From the NCBI GenBank assembly GCA_032260385.1, contig JAVVEL010000008.1:7313-71312 (forward strand): a DNA stretch of 64,000 nucleotides, in the 5' to 3' direction. This DNA comes from Bacteroidales bacterium. Its GTDB lineage: Bacteria > Bacteroidota > Bacteroidia > Bacteroidales > VadinHA17. The position numbers and the translations under genes were made by a program. The notes under the pieces are model-generated. The model searched no databases. It was not told the DNA's origin and saw only the letters and a list, made by a program, of their open reading frames with translations. Positions within the stretch are counted from its first letter, which is position 1, and each line of letters begins with the position of its first letter. Shown piece by piece: positions 27,971 to 37,332 of this stretch.

Positions 27971-28335
27971 TTATGCCTGCTTAAGTGGCATAAAATGAGA
28001 CAAATACGACTACGGGCAGGCGCCAGGCCTTTCTGGTTCAGCCTTCAGCACAACCATTTAATAATTACTTGACCTGTAATGCTTTTTAGCATAATTTTAT
28101 TAATTGTGTATAAATTGTTCGAAAGGCAGCATTTGTGATGATAATCAAATGCAACTTAATTCGTAATTTTCATGTCAATTGATAGAGTTATACTGTTGAC
28201 GTAAAATATTTTATGTTAATTGAACAAATTAACTGTTTTTATGATTGATAAACAAGCTGATAATCTGTTGTATAAGCTGAGAATCGCCTGTTTGTTAATC
28301 ATTTTGTGTAATATGATATTCTGTAAACGCTGACT

Positions 28336-31300
28336 TTGCAAAAAATGAAAAGCCATATCTTTAAACTGCTCCTGCTATTTACTGTCATTAACATGACTGT
28401 GCTTTCCCTGAACGGCCAGACAACCTTCAGGAGCATATCATCGGGAATATGGAGTGACGGTTCAACATGGACCGGTGGTGTAGCACCCGGCCCAAATGAT
28501 AATGCAATTATCTCTTCCGAAAATATTGTTACCATTTCCGGATCGGACGTGACAATAAATAATCTGACCATTGAAACAGGCGGATTGCTTGATGCCACCA
28601 GTAATACACTTACTGTCAATGGCAAACTCCTGGTAGATGGCGCCTTTACTTCCAGTGACCCCGGAGCACAGGATTTGCTTTTTAACGGCGATAGCCTGGG
28701 AGGAAGGGGCGTGATAAAAACTGACTTCGCCGACAGGGAAGTTGTAATGAGCACCAATGCCCTGGTGCTGCCGTCAAGCGATCTGAAAATTGAAGGTAAA
28801 GTCAGTGTTGGTAATTCCGTGACAATCACAAACAGAAGTAAAATTGAAATTACGGGAAACCTGAGGGGACTGAATGCAAGTACATCAGTATGGACAAATG
28901 ATGTGGATTCATACCTGGCAATTGGCGGAAACCTGATGGTTAACGGAATTATGAATACTTCATCAACGGGGAATACAATCGAATATAATAATTTTGGCGA
29001 CCAGGATGTAATCCTGCCTGCATCAGCCATATACCATAACCTGAAATTCAGGGGAGCCGGTAATAAAACACTGGCGGGATCAATCACAGTAAACGGAGAT
29101 CTGGAAATTTATAATTCTGCGAGCCTGGTAAGTAATAACCACAATATAACTATCTCGGGCAGCTGGAAAAACCTGTCCAACTTTGACCAGGGCTCCGGCC
29201 AGGTAAGCTTTACAGGATCTTCCGGCCAGACCATTGCCAATCCTGAAGGTGAAGCTTTCTATAATTTCTCACTTAATAAGGCTGCTGGTGAGCTCTTGCT
29301 TGATAATGACATTATCATTGAAAATACCCTCACCATGCTCGCGGGGATTATTAACACACAGTCCGCTAAGATGACCCTTGGAACCGGTACCGGTTCCGGC
29401 CAGCTGGGCAGTATGTCATATTTCGGGGGCTTCGTAAGGGGCAGGTTTGAACGCTGGATAAACAATACCGGCTCACACGAATTCCCTGTTGGTAATGCGA
29501 ATATCCAGCGCCTGGTGATAAACCTTAACGGGCTAAACTCCGGAGGAACCCTGATTGCTGAATTCAAGGGCCTTGACCCGGGTAATAACGGCCTGCCACT
29601 GGATGATGACGGGGTGACAGTATACAATACCTTCTCCGAAGGATACTGGTCCCTCGAGCCTGGTAATGGTTTCAGCCTTGGAAGCTTCAACAGCTACAGC
29701 CTCAGGCTGACAGGTACAGGATTTACCTCTTTCACCATTGATGAAGCCACGAGGATACTTGCACGCGGCAACGAGACAGCCGGATGGCTGGCCGAAGGAT
29801 CGCATGTTAATGCTTTCGGACTTATCGCCAGGAGAAGTAACCTCCAGACCCTGCCTGCACAGTATGCCTTTGGTGATGATACGGACTGTGAGAAACCTGC
29901 AACATCGACGATAAGCGGAACGGCTGACGTGTGTGCAGGTGAGACGGGTCTGGTATATTCAGTAACGGACAATCCACCCAATACCTATGAATGGAGTGTC
30001 ACCGGTGGTCTGATAGTATCAGGTAACAATACCAGCAGTATTACCGTCGACTGGGGTACAACAGCCATGGACGATGCCAGCGTTTCGGTCGTGGAGATAA
30101 ATACCTGTGCCAGGGGCGCTGCCGTGGTCCTGCCCGTCACAATGCATTCTGTCCCACCGTCATCCATTACGGGGTCTGCCAGTGTGGCAGAATACTCATC
30201 GGGTATCGCTTATTCAGTACCTGAGCGTACAGGCTATACCTATACCTGGACGGTTACCGGGGGAAGCCAGGCCTCCGGGGGAAATACCGGGACTATCACT
30301 GTTGACTGGGGTCCGGCCGGTAAAGCCAGCCTTTCAGTGGTAGCTCAATTACCGGGATGCCCTCCTGCCCAGGAAGTAGTTCTCAATGTCAGCTTGTATG
30401 ACGTTATTGAAAGTGTACAGACCGGTTTCTGGGATGATCCCTCTACCTGGGACTGTGCCTGCGTGCCCGTCTCAACCGATAATGTAAGGATAAACACCGG
30501 GCATACTGTTACTTTAAGGAGTGCAGGTGCCGTAGAAGCAAATAACCTGGTAATTGAACCGGGTGCCATAGTCGATTATAATAACCTGCCACTTACGGTC
30601 CAGGGTGATTTTATTGTTAAGGGAAGCTACCAGGGTGGAAGCGACAGTGATCTGTCCCTCGACGGAACGGATACCGAAATATCAGGTGGCGGGTCCATTG
30701 TGGGTGGTCTCCTTATCCCTGAGGGTAATAAAACAATACCTTCGACCGCTGCCCTGACCATTAGTGCGGGTGATATTAGCCTTGGAGCAAGTGTATTTGT
30801 TACCAATAATGGCGAAATTTCACTCGTTGGAGACCTGGCCGGGGGCAGCTCATCAAGTACGTGGATTAACAATGAAAATTCCACCCTCGAAATAAGCGGT
30901 GCACTGCTTACGACAGGATCACTCAGGGCTTTTGCTGACGGTAATACCGTCTATTACAATGGAGGTGCCCAGGCTGTAAAGACACCCCTCAATTCCATTT
31001 ATCATGACCTCCACGTGGGCAGTTCAGGGATTAAAACCCTGACTAATTCGCTGACTATAGAGGGAGACCTGGAAATATCCGGTACCAGCAGCCTGGATGT
31101 CAGCCCTTCCAATTACAATATAAGCATAGCGGGTAACTGGACCAATACCGGAAACGGCCTTAACCCGCGATCCTCCGTGGTGACTTTCAATGGTCTGACG
31201 GACCAGGCTATTAGTGGTTCGGAAACCTTTTATAACCTGGCATACCTGAATACAGGAGGAAACCTAATCCTCTCAGATGATGTGGTGGTAGAAAACAATC

Positions 31301-34300
31301 TCCAGATGGCCGGTGGTGATATAATTAGCGGTACCAATGTCATTACCATCGGTACCGGTGCAGCCGGCGTTGGCTCACTGACCCATGTGTCAGGGATAGT
31401 AAGGGGTAAGATGGAAAGGTGGATCAATACCTTCGGTAGTACTCTTTTCCCTGTAGGCATAACAGGCTCCTACCATCCCGCCAGCCTCTATGTTAACCTC
31501 CTGAACAGCCCTGGCTCGGTGATAGTGGAATTTATTCCTGCCGATCCGGGATCAGGCGGCCTTCCATTGCTCGACGGCACTACAGACATTCTCTACCATT
31601 TTACTGAAGGCTACTGGAATTTTACCGCGGCCAATGGTTTTGACGCTGCCAATTATAACCTTGACCTCCAGGCAACAGGCTTCTCAAGTTATCCTTTGAA
31701 CATCAATTCAAGGATACTTTCCAGGACAAATAATTTAGATTGGGTACTGGATGGCAATCATGTTACCGCCAGTGTGCCGAACATATACAGGGATTTTATG
31801 TCAAACGGGCTATCTGCACTCGGAACACAATTCGGTATAGCTTACGCATGTGCTCCCTATATAATTGATGCTGTTATAACACAGCCATCCTGTTTTGGCT
31901 ATGATGACGGCGCAATAACTGTTACTCCATCGGGTGGTGCAAGTCCATATACCTACCTATGGTCGCCAGGCGGTGAGACCACAGACAATATCAGCGGTCT
32001 TTCTGCAGGCAACTACAGCGTGGAGGTGACTGATGCACTGGGATGTGTAACGGTTGAAACATTCAACGTATCACAGCCCACTGAAATAATAATAGATTAT
32101 CTCGTAAGCAATGTTGAATGTAAGACGGATGATGATGGAGCCATCGACATCTCGGTCTCAGGTGGTACCGAGCCCTATACCTATGTCTGGAGCACTGCAG
32201 ACGGTAGTGGCCTGTCTTTCAATGATGAAGACCAGACGGGACTGACAGGTGGAACATATACGGTAACTGTTATTGATGAGAATTCCTGCACTTCAACAGA
32301 AGATATAGTGGTCATTGTGGAAGATAATACGGCTCCGGTGATAATATGCCCGCCAGCCCTTACCGCAATCTGTGATATTTCTGAGCAGCCGGCTTACAGT
32401 ACTTATGATGAGTTTACAGCCGCCGGTGGAACTGCAACGGATAATTGTGAAATCGACCCTGACAGTTTCATTATGTTATCGGAAACTACTGATGGGAGCA
32501 GCTGCCCCGAGATACTAACCCGGACTTACCAGATTTCAGATGACAATGGTAACAGCCAGACCTGCACCCAGCTGATCACTGTGGACGATGATATTCCGCC
32601 GGCGACCAGCAATCCTGCAACCATAAATGTGGAATGTGACAGCGAGGTACCTGCACCTGACATTTCAGTGGTAACAGATGCAACCGATAATTGCGGGGCT
32701 CCGGTGGTGGCCTTCGTGGGTGAGCTGAGTGATGGTAATAGCTGCCCTGAAACAATTACCAGGACATACTCGGTAACAGATGCCTGTGGTAACTCAATAA
32801 CAGTCCGGCAGCTGATTGTTGTAAATGATATCACACCACCCACCGCAAGCACCCCTGCATCCGTTTCAGTGGAGTGCCCTGCTGACGTGCCTCTCCCTGA
32901 TATTTCCGTAATAACTGACGCAACAGATAACTGTACGGCAAACCCCGTTGTGGCTTTTGTGGAGGATGTGAGCGATGGCAATACCTGTCCTGAGGTAATA
33001 ACAAGGAGATACTCAATTACCGATGATTGCGGAAATACATCAATTATTGAGCAGATAATAAGTATAGAGGATATAACTGATCCCTCAGCCAGCAACCCAC
33101 CGCCCATAAGCGTTGCGTGCCTAACGGATGTGCCGCTTCCTGACATATCAGTCGTTACTGATGCCGCTGATAATTGTACTGCAGCACCTCTTGTGGCATG
33201 GGAAGGTGATGCCAGCGACGGAAATACCTGCCCGGAGACAATCATGAGAACCTACTCGGTTACTGATGAATGCGGTAATTCAATTAATGTAAGCCAGACC
33301 ATTACGATTAATGATGGAACACCACCCACTGCCAGCAATCCTGCCCCGGTAACAGTAGAATGCCCGGCTGATATTCCACTACCGGATATATCTGTGGTGA
33401 CTGATGCAGCAGACAATTGTACATCTTCACCGGCAGTGGCCTTTGTCGGAGATGTCAGTGATGGGAATACCTGCCCCGAGGTAATTACAAGAACTTATTC
33501 AGTGACTGATGCCTGTGGTAATACCATAAATGTAAGCCAGGTAATAACAGTACAGGATCTGACACCCCCTACTGCAAGCAATCCTGCCGCGGTAAGTGTT
33601 GAGTGCCTGGCTGACGTACCCCCGCCTGATATTTCGGTAGTAAGTGATGCCGCAGATAATTGTGGTGCCCCGGTGGTGGCTTTTGTTGGCGAGATAAGTG
33701 ATGGTAATACATGCCCTGAGACAATAATACGGACATATTCTGTAAGTGATGCCTGTGGCAATTCGATAAATGTGCAGCAAACGATAACTGTTGATGATAT
33801 TACTGATCCTGTGATCAGTAATTGCCCCGCAGATATAACAGTACCGGCCGACCCTGTGTCCTGTGACGCAGCAGTAAGCTGGACAGAGCCAACGGCCTCG
33901 GATAACTGCAGCCTGGCCTCTTTTACCACCAGTCATGCCCCGGGTACTGTTTTCGCTATTGGTACAACAAGTGTCACCTACACTGCGGTCGATGATTGTG
34001 GCAATACGGCGACCTGCAGTTTTAATGTGAACGTTATAGATGATGAGGCACCTGTAATTACGACCTGCGCAGGAGATAAAATACTGAGTGCGGATGCTGA
34101 TTGCGAGGCACTGGTTCCTGACCTGACAGGAGAAGTTGTTGCCTCTGATAATTGCAGTCCGGCCATTACTGTGAGCCAGGATCCGGTTGCCGGAACAATA
34201 ATATCCTCCGGAACAACACAGGTCACACTGAGCGTTACAGATGGAAGCGGAAACTCTGCATTTTGTTATGCTAATATTAATGTTGTCGATGACGCAGAAC

Positions 34301-36288
34301 CGGTAGTGGTAACCATCGATACCACGGTATATATTGGTGCAGGAAATATTGTAAACATAGACAGCTCCTATGTTTTTGATGACATAGCCTCCTACGACAA
34401 TTGTGGAATTACCTCAGTTACAATAGATATAAATACCTTCGATTGCACCAGCCTGGGTCCGAATATTATAAATGTTACAGCCTATGATGGAGCAGGCAAC
34501 AGTAGCGCCGGAACGGCAACTGTTATGGTAAGAGATACCACAGCAGTGACTGCATATTCTGGCCCTGATGACTTTGTTTATATAGAAGATGGTTCATATA
34601 ACCTCGATGCCGCCGTAGTTGAAAATGGAACTGTATTATGGGGAAGTCTTGGCGACGGGACATTTAATGATCCCACACTTGTTAACCCTGTATATACACT
34701 CGGTCCATCTGATACTGAAAGTGTTATACTTTACATGGATGTGATCCCTATAATTGGCTGTACCCCGGTGAGTGATACCATTAAACTGACTGTTAGTGAA
34801 AGACCACAGGCCAATGCCGGGGCTGATGCTACAGTATGTGCTTCGGAAATTTCATATACTGTTACTGATGCTTCTTCCCAGGGAGGTACCATATTATGGA
34901 CCACCTCCGGCGACGGATCCTTTGATGATGCCACCCTTGAAAATCCTGTCTATACTTTCGGTGCGGGCGATATAAGTTCCGGCTCAGTGACTCTAACACT
35001 TACCGTAACAGGTTTATTCGAATCAGATTCTGATGATAAAATAATTGCAATAAACGAGTTGCCGGGTATTCTGGTTAATGAGCATTCAGACATAAGCTGT
35101 AACGGTTTGACAGATGGTGTAATAAGAATAAGCGGCACGGGAGGCCTGGCTCCATACAGTTACAGCCTTAACGGTGCTCCTTACCAGTCATCAGGCGAAT
35201 TCACGGCACTGTCTGCCGGTGATTATGATATTTCTGTAATTGACGACAATGGCTGCAGCAGGGATACCTTAATAACGATTATTGATCCGGGTGTGCTCTC
35301 GTACTCCCTGGATGATGTTACTCATTGCAGTTGCTTTGGAGCAAAAGACGGATCGATAAACATATCAATCAGTGGTGGCACACAACCCTACCTTGTCAAC
35401 TGGACGGGACCCGGTGGTTTTACGTCGTCTGAAGAAGACCTGGCTGGTATTTCAGCAGGCTTGTACACACTTAATCTGACCGATGCCAACTATTGTGATA
35501 ACTTTATTCTCGAGGTAATTATTACATCACCTCCCCAGATAGTAATCACCCCTGTAAGTATGTCAGATTATAATGGTTATGGCGTGAGTTGTTACGGGGA
35601 AACAGACGGATATATAAATGTCAGCGTCAGTGGGGGAACCGGCGCACTGAGTATCAGCTGGGAAGGGCCGGGTGGCTTTTCATCTTCAAGTGAGGATATC
35701 TCAGGCCTCGAAGCAGGCACCTACACTATTACGGTGACAGATGAGCTTGCCTGTTCCACATCCTATGAGTTTAACCTTAACGGGCCGGAGGAACTGCTTA
35801 TTGATTACACTGTTACTGACGCCTCCTGTCCGGATGAAGCCAACGGGGCAATAGATCTGGAAATATCCGGTGGTGTCCCGACATATACTTTTCTGTGGGA
35901 CGGTGCAACAACGGAAGATCGCTCTTCTGTTTTCAGCGGCTACTATCCGGTACAGGTAACGGATGCCAACGGGTGTTCTGCCCAGACCGGGATAACTGTT
36001 GATTTTGTAGGGGAAAACTGTCTTGAAGTGAGCGAGGTCATAACACCGGGTGTTGTGGACGGGAAGAACGATTACCTGGTAATAAGGAATATAGACCTTT
36101 ACCCCAATGCCGAAATAAAGATTTACAACAGGTGGGGGCAGCTTATCTTCAGTGCCGGGAACCTGGACGAGAACCGTTGGGACGGGACCTACAGGGGTAA
36201 AGCGCTGCCAGTAGATTCGTACCATTACATACTTGATCTTGGTGACGGATCGTCACCCAGGACAGGTACCATAACTATAATTAGATAA
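28336..36288 (+). CDS. giant T9SS-secreted cell-surface adhesin (SprB-like) with a type B C-terminal sorting domain
   Basis: 2650 aa with a signal peptide. It has two roughly 480-aa duplicated modules and two PKD-like Ig domains (SGTADVCAGETGLVYSV...YEWSVTGG). It has six SprB-type repeats (C-x-G-x3-G-x-I...GG-x2-PY-x-Y-x-W). It has five 80-aa Cys modules plus one divergent copy, and HYR-like domains. The C-terminal type B CTD reads GKNDYLVI...IYNRWGQLIF...WDGTYRGKALPVDSYHYIL. Confidence 0.9.
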   Translation: MQKMKSHIFKLLLLFTVINMTVLSLNGQTTFRSISSGIWSDGSTWTGGVAPGPNDNAIISSENIVTISGSDVTINNLTIETGGLLDATSNTLTVNGKLLVDGAFTSSDPGAQDLLFNGDSLGGRGVIKTDFADREVVMSTNALVLPSSDLKIEGKVSVGNSVTITNRSKIEITGNLRGLNASTSVWTNDVDSYLAIGGNLMVNGIMNTSSTGNTIEYNNFGDQDVILPASAIYHNLKFRGAGNKTLAGSITVNGDLEIYNSASLVSNNHNITISGSWKNLSNFDQGSGQVSFTGSSGQTIANPEGEAFYNFSLNKAAGELLLDNDIIIENTLTMLAGIINTQSAKMTLGTGTGSGQLGSMSYFGGFVRGRFERWINNTGSHEFPVGNANIQRLVINLNGLNSGGTLIAEFKGLDPGNNGLPLDDDGVTVYNTFSEGYWSLEPGNGFSLGSFNSYSLRLTGTGFTSFTIDEATRILARGNETAGWLAEGSHVNAFGLIARRSNLQTLPAQYAFGDDTDCEKPATSTISGTADVCAGETGLVYSVTDNPPNTYEWSVTGGLIVSGNNTSSITVDWGTTAMDDASVSVVEINTCARGAAVVLPVTMHSVPPSSITGSASVAEYSSGIAYSVPERTGYTYTWTVTGGSQASGGNTGTITVDWGPAGKASLSVVAQLPGCPPAQEVVLNVSLYDVIESVQTGFWDDPSTWDCACVPVSTDNVRINTGHTVTLRSAGAVEANNLVIEPGAIVDYNNLPLTVQGDFIVKGSYQGGSDSDLSLDGTDTEISGGGSIVGGLLIPEGNKTIPSTAALTISAGDISLGASVFVTNNGEISLVGDLAGGSSSSTWINNENSTLEISGALLTTGSLRAFADGNTVYYNGGAQAVKTPLNSIYHDLHVGSSGIKTLTNSLTIEGDLEISGTSSLDVSPSNYNISIAGNWTNTGNGLNPRSSVVTFNGLTDQAISGSETFYNLAYLNTGGNLILSDDVVVENNLQMAGGDIISGTNVITIGTGAAGVGSLTHVSGIVRGKMERWINTFGSTLFPVGITGSYHPASLYVNLLNSPGSVIVEFIPADPGSGGLPLLDGTTDILYHFTEGYWNFTAANGFDAANYNLDLQATGFSSYPLNINSRILSRTNNLDWVLDGNHVTASVPNIYRDFMSNGLSALGTQFGIAYACAPYIIDAVITQPSCFGYDDGAITVTPSGGASPYTYLWSPGGETTDNISGLSAGNYSVEVTDALGCVTVETFNVSQPTEIIIDYLVSNVECKTDDDGAIDISVSGGTEPYTYVWSTADGSGLSFNDEDQTGLTGGTYTVTVIDENSCTSTEDIVVIVEDNTAPVIICPPALTAICDISEQPAYSTYDEFTAAGGTATDNCEIDPDSFIMLSETTDGSSCPEILTRTYQISDDNGNSQTCTQLITVDDDIPPATSNPATINVECDSEVPAPDISVVTDATDNCGAPVVAFVGELSDGNSCPETITRTYSVTDACGNSITVRQLIVVNDITPPTASTPASVSVECPADVPLPDISVITDATDNCTANPVVAFVEDVSDGNTCPEVITRRYSITDDCGNTSIIEQIISIEDITDPSASNPPPISVACLTDVPLPDISVVTDAADNCTAAPLVAWEGDASDGNTCPETIMRTYSVTDECGNSINVSQTITINDGTPPTASNPAPVTVECPADIPLPDISVVTDAADNCTSSPAVAFVGDVSDGNTCPEVITRTYSVTDACGNTINVSQVITVQDLTPPTASNPAAVSVECLADVPPPDISVVSDAADNCGAPVVAFVGEISDGNTCPETIIRTYSVSDACGNSINVQQTITVDDITDPVISNCPADITVPADPVSCDAAVSWTEPTASDNCSLASFTTSHAPGTVFAIGTTSVTYTAVDDCGNTATCSFNVNVIDDEAPVITTCAGDKILSADADCEALVPDLTGEVVASDNCSPAITVSQDPVAGTIISSGTTQVTLSVTDGSGNSAFCYANINVVDDAEPVVVTIDTTVYIGAGNIVNIDSSYVFDDIASYDNCGITSVTIDINTFDCTSLGPNIINVTAYDGAGNSSAGTATVMVRDTTAVTAYSGPDDFVYIEDGSYNLDAAVVENGTVLWGSLGDGTFNDPTLVNPVYTLGPSDTESVILYMDVIPIIGCTPVSDTIKLTVSERPQANAGADATVCASEISYTVTDASSQGGTILWTTSGDGSFDDATLENPVYTFGAGDISSGSVTLTLTVTGLFESDSDDKIIAINELPGILVNEHSDISCNGLTDGVIRISGTGGLAPYSYSLNGAPYQSSGEFTALSAGDYDISVIDDNGCSRDTLITIIDPGVLSYSLDDVTHCSCFGAKDGSINISISGGTQPYLVNWTGPGGFTSSEEDLAGISAGLYTLNLTDANYCDNFILEVIITSPPQIVITPVSMSDYNGYGVSCYGETDGYINVSVSGGTGALSISWEGPGGFSSSSEDISGLEAGTYTITVTDELACSTSYEFNLNGPEELLIDYTVTDASCPDEANGAIDLEISGGVPTYTFLWDGATTEDRSSVFSGYYPVQVTDANGCSAQTGITVDFVGENCLEVSEVITPGVVDGKNDYLVIRNIDLYPNAEIKIYNRWGQLIFSAGNLDENRWDGTYRGKALPVDSYHYILDLGDGSSPRTGTITIIR
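32587..33796 (+). repeat. in-frame tandem array of five 240-243-nt (80-81-aa) units inside the adhesin gene
   Basis: The motif P-PDISV(V/I)(T/S)DA(T/A)DNC recurs at 32656, 32896, 33139, 33382 and 33625. Each unit reads D-I-T-P-P-T-A-S-N-P-A-x-V-x-V-E-C...DGN(T/S)CPE(V/T)I(T/I)R(T/R)YS(V/I)(T/S)D(A/D/E)CGN. A more divergent sixth copy precedes the array at about 32323..32586. Confidence 0.9.
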
Positions 36289-36310
36289 ATTGACTAATTC
36301 TTCTGTCAAT

Positions 36311-37306
36311 ATGAGAAAGACCAAACAAATACTGATCATTATATGCGGGATGCTGCTGGGATTATCAGTAAAGGCCCAGCAGGTTCCAATGTATAGCCAG
36401 TATATAATGAATGGATTTTTAATTAATCCTTCTTATGCAGGTAATGACGGTTACACTACTTTGAACCTGACTGCGCGTGAGCAGTGGCTGGGAATCCCTT
36501 CCTCACCGAGTACCTATGCTGTCAGTTTTCAGACCAGGTGGTTGAAAAACAGCTATATCGAGGAATCAACAAACGTCAGGAAAGATATTGTAAGGCCATC
36601 CAGGCCGAGCCGGGTTGGTTTGGGGGGCTATATATTCAATGACCGGAATGGCATCATCAGTAGGACAGGTTTTTCGGCAACCTACGCCTATCATATTGAA
36701 GTGGACAGCTACGGCTCACAACTATCCTTCGGCCTGGCTTCAACACTCTACCAGTTTGCCATTGACCTTGACGGTGCCATTGTTGCCGATATTGATGATG
36801 AATTCCTGAATAATTATGACAGGGTTGTTTTTATTCCTGATTTTAATTTCGGGGTCAGCTATACATCGAAAAACTATTACCTGGGATTTTCTGCCACCCA
36901 GCTGTTTAGAGGGACACTTACACTGGGCAACGCAGCAAAAAATCCGCGCACGGAACTGGGACACTTCTTCCTTACGGGAGGAGTGAAAATCCCTTTGTCA
37001 GGTAATGACTGGCTACTTGAACCGTCAGCACTTATTAAAACATCTGATATGGTACTTAAGGCAGCCCAGGTGGATCTTACAACGAGAATTTATTATCGCC
37101 AGGATTACTGGGCCGGTATATCATTCCGTACGCAGGATGCCGTGATTATGATGGTCGGATTTACCTGGGATAAATTTTATTTTGCCTATGCCTTTGACCT
37201 AGCAATTACAGATATAAGGCAACATAGCTATGGTTCTCACGAGTTGTCTTTTGCTGTTAAATTCGGAGAAAATGCCAGGAGATACCGCTGGTTAAACCAG
37301 TATTGA
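36311..37306 (+). CDS. PorP/SprF-family T9SS membrane protein, presumed cognate partner of the upstream type-B-CTD adhesin
   Basis: Signal peptide ending VKAQQ and the canonical PorP/SprF N-terminal signature VPMYSQYIMNGFLINPSYAG, followed by a beta-barrel-like remainder. It starts 23 nt after the adhesin stop. Confidence 0.85.
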   Translation: MRKTKQILIIICGMLLGLSVKAQQVPMYSQYIMNGFLINPSYAGNDGYTTLNLTAREQWLGIPSSPSTYAVSFQTRWLKNSYIEESTNVRKDIVRPSRPSRVGLGGYIFNDRNGIISRTGFSATYAYHIEVDSYGSQLSFGLASTLYQFAIDLDGAIVADIDDEFLNNYDRVVFIPDFNFGVSYTSKNYYLGFSATQLFRGTLTLGNAAKNPRTELGHFFLTGGVKIPLSGNDWLLEPSALIKTSDMVLKAAQVDLTTRIYYRQDYWAGISFRTQDAVIMMVGFTWDKFYFAYAFDLAITDIRQHSYGSHELSFAVKFGENARRYRWLNQY

Positions 37307-37332
37307 TGCTCAGGGCCAGCTGCATATAATTG

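Noticed and set aside
27900-28335. Invertible promoter (inverton) controlling the giant adhesin
   Set aside because: No pair of inverted repeats of 15 bp or more spaced 150-400 bp apart was found by eye. Only short local palindromes in AT-rich DNA are present.
28299-29087. 262-aa antisense ORF, with similar ones at 32526-33245, 33495-33936 and 35701-36225, inside the adhesin gene
   Set aside because: These are long open antisense frames typical of repetitive, compositionally biased Thr/Ser/Gly/Asp-rich genes. Their translations are low-complexity S/P/V/L strings with no motifs, and the sense frame has overwhelming domain evidence.
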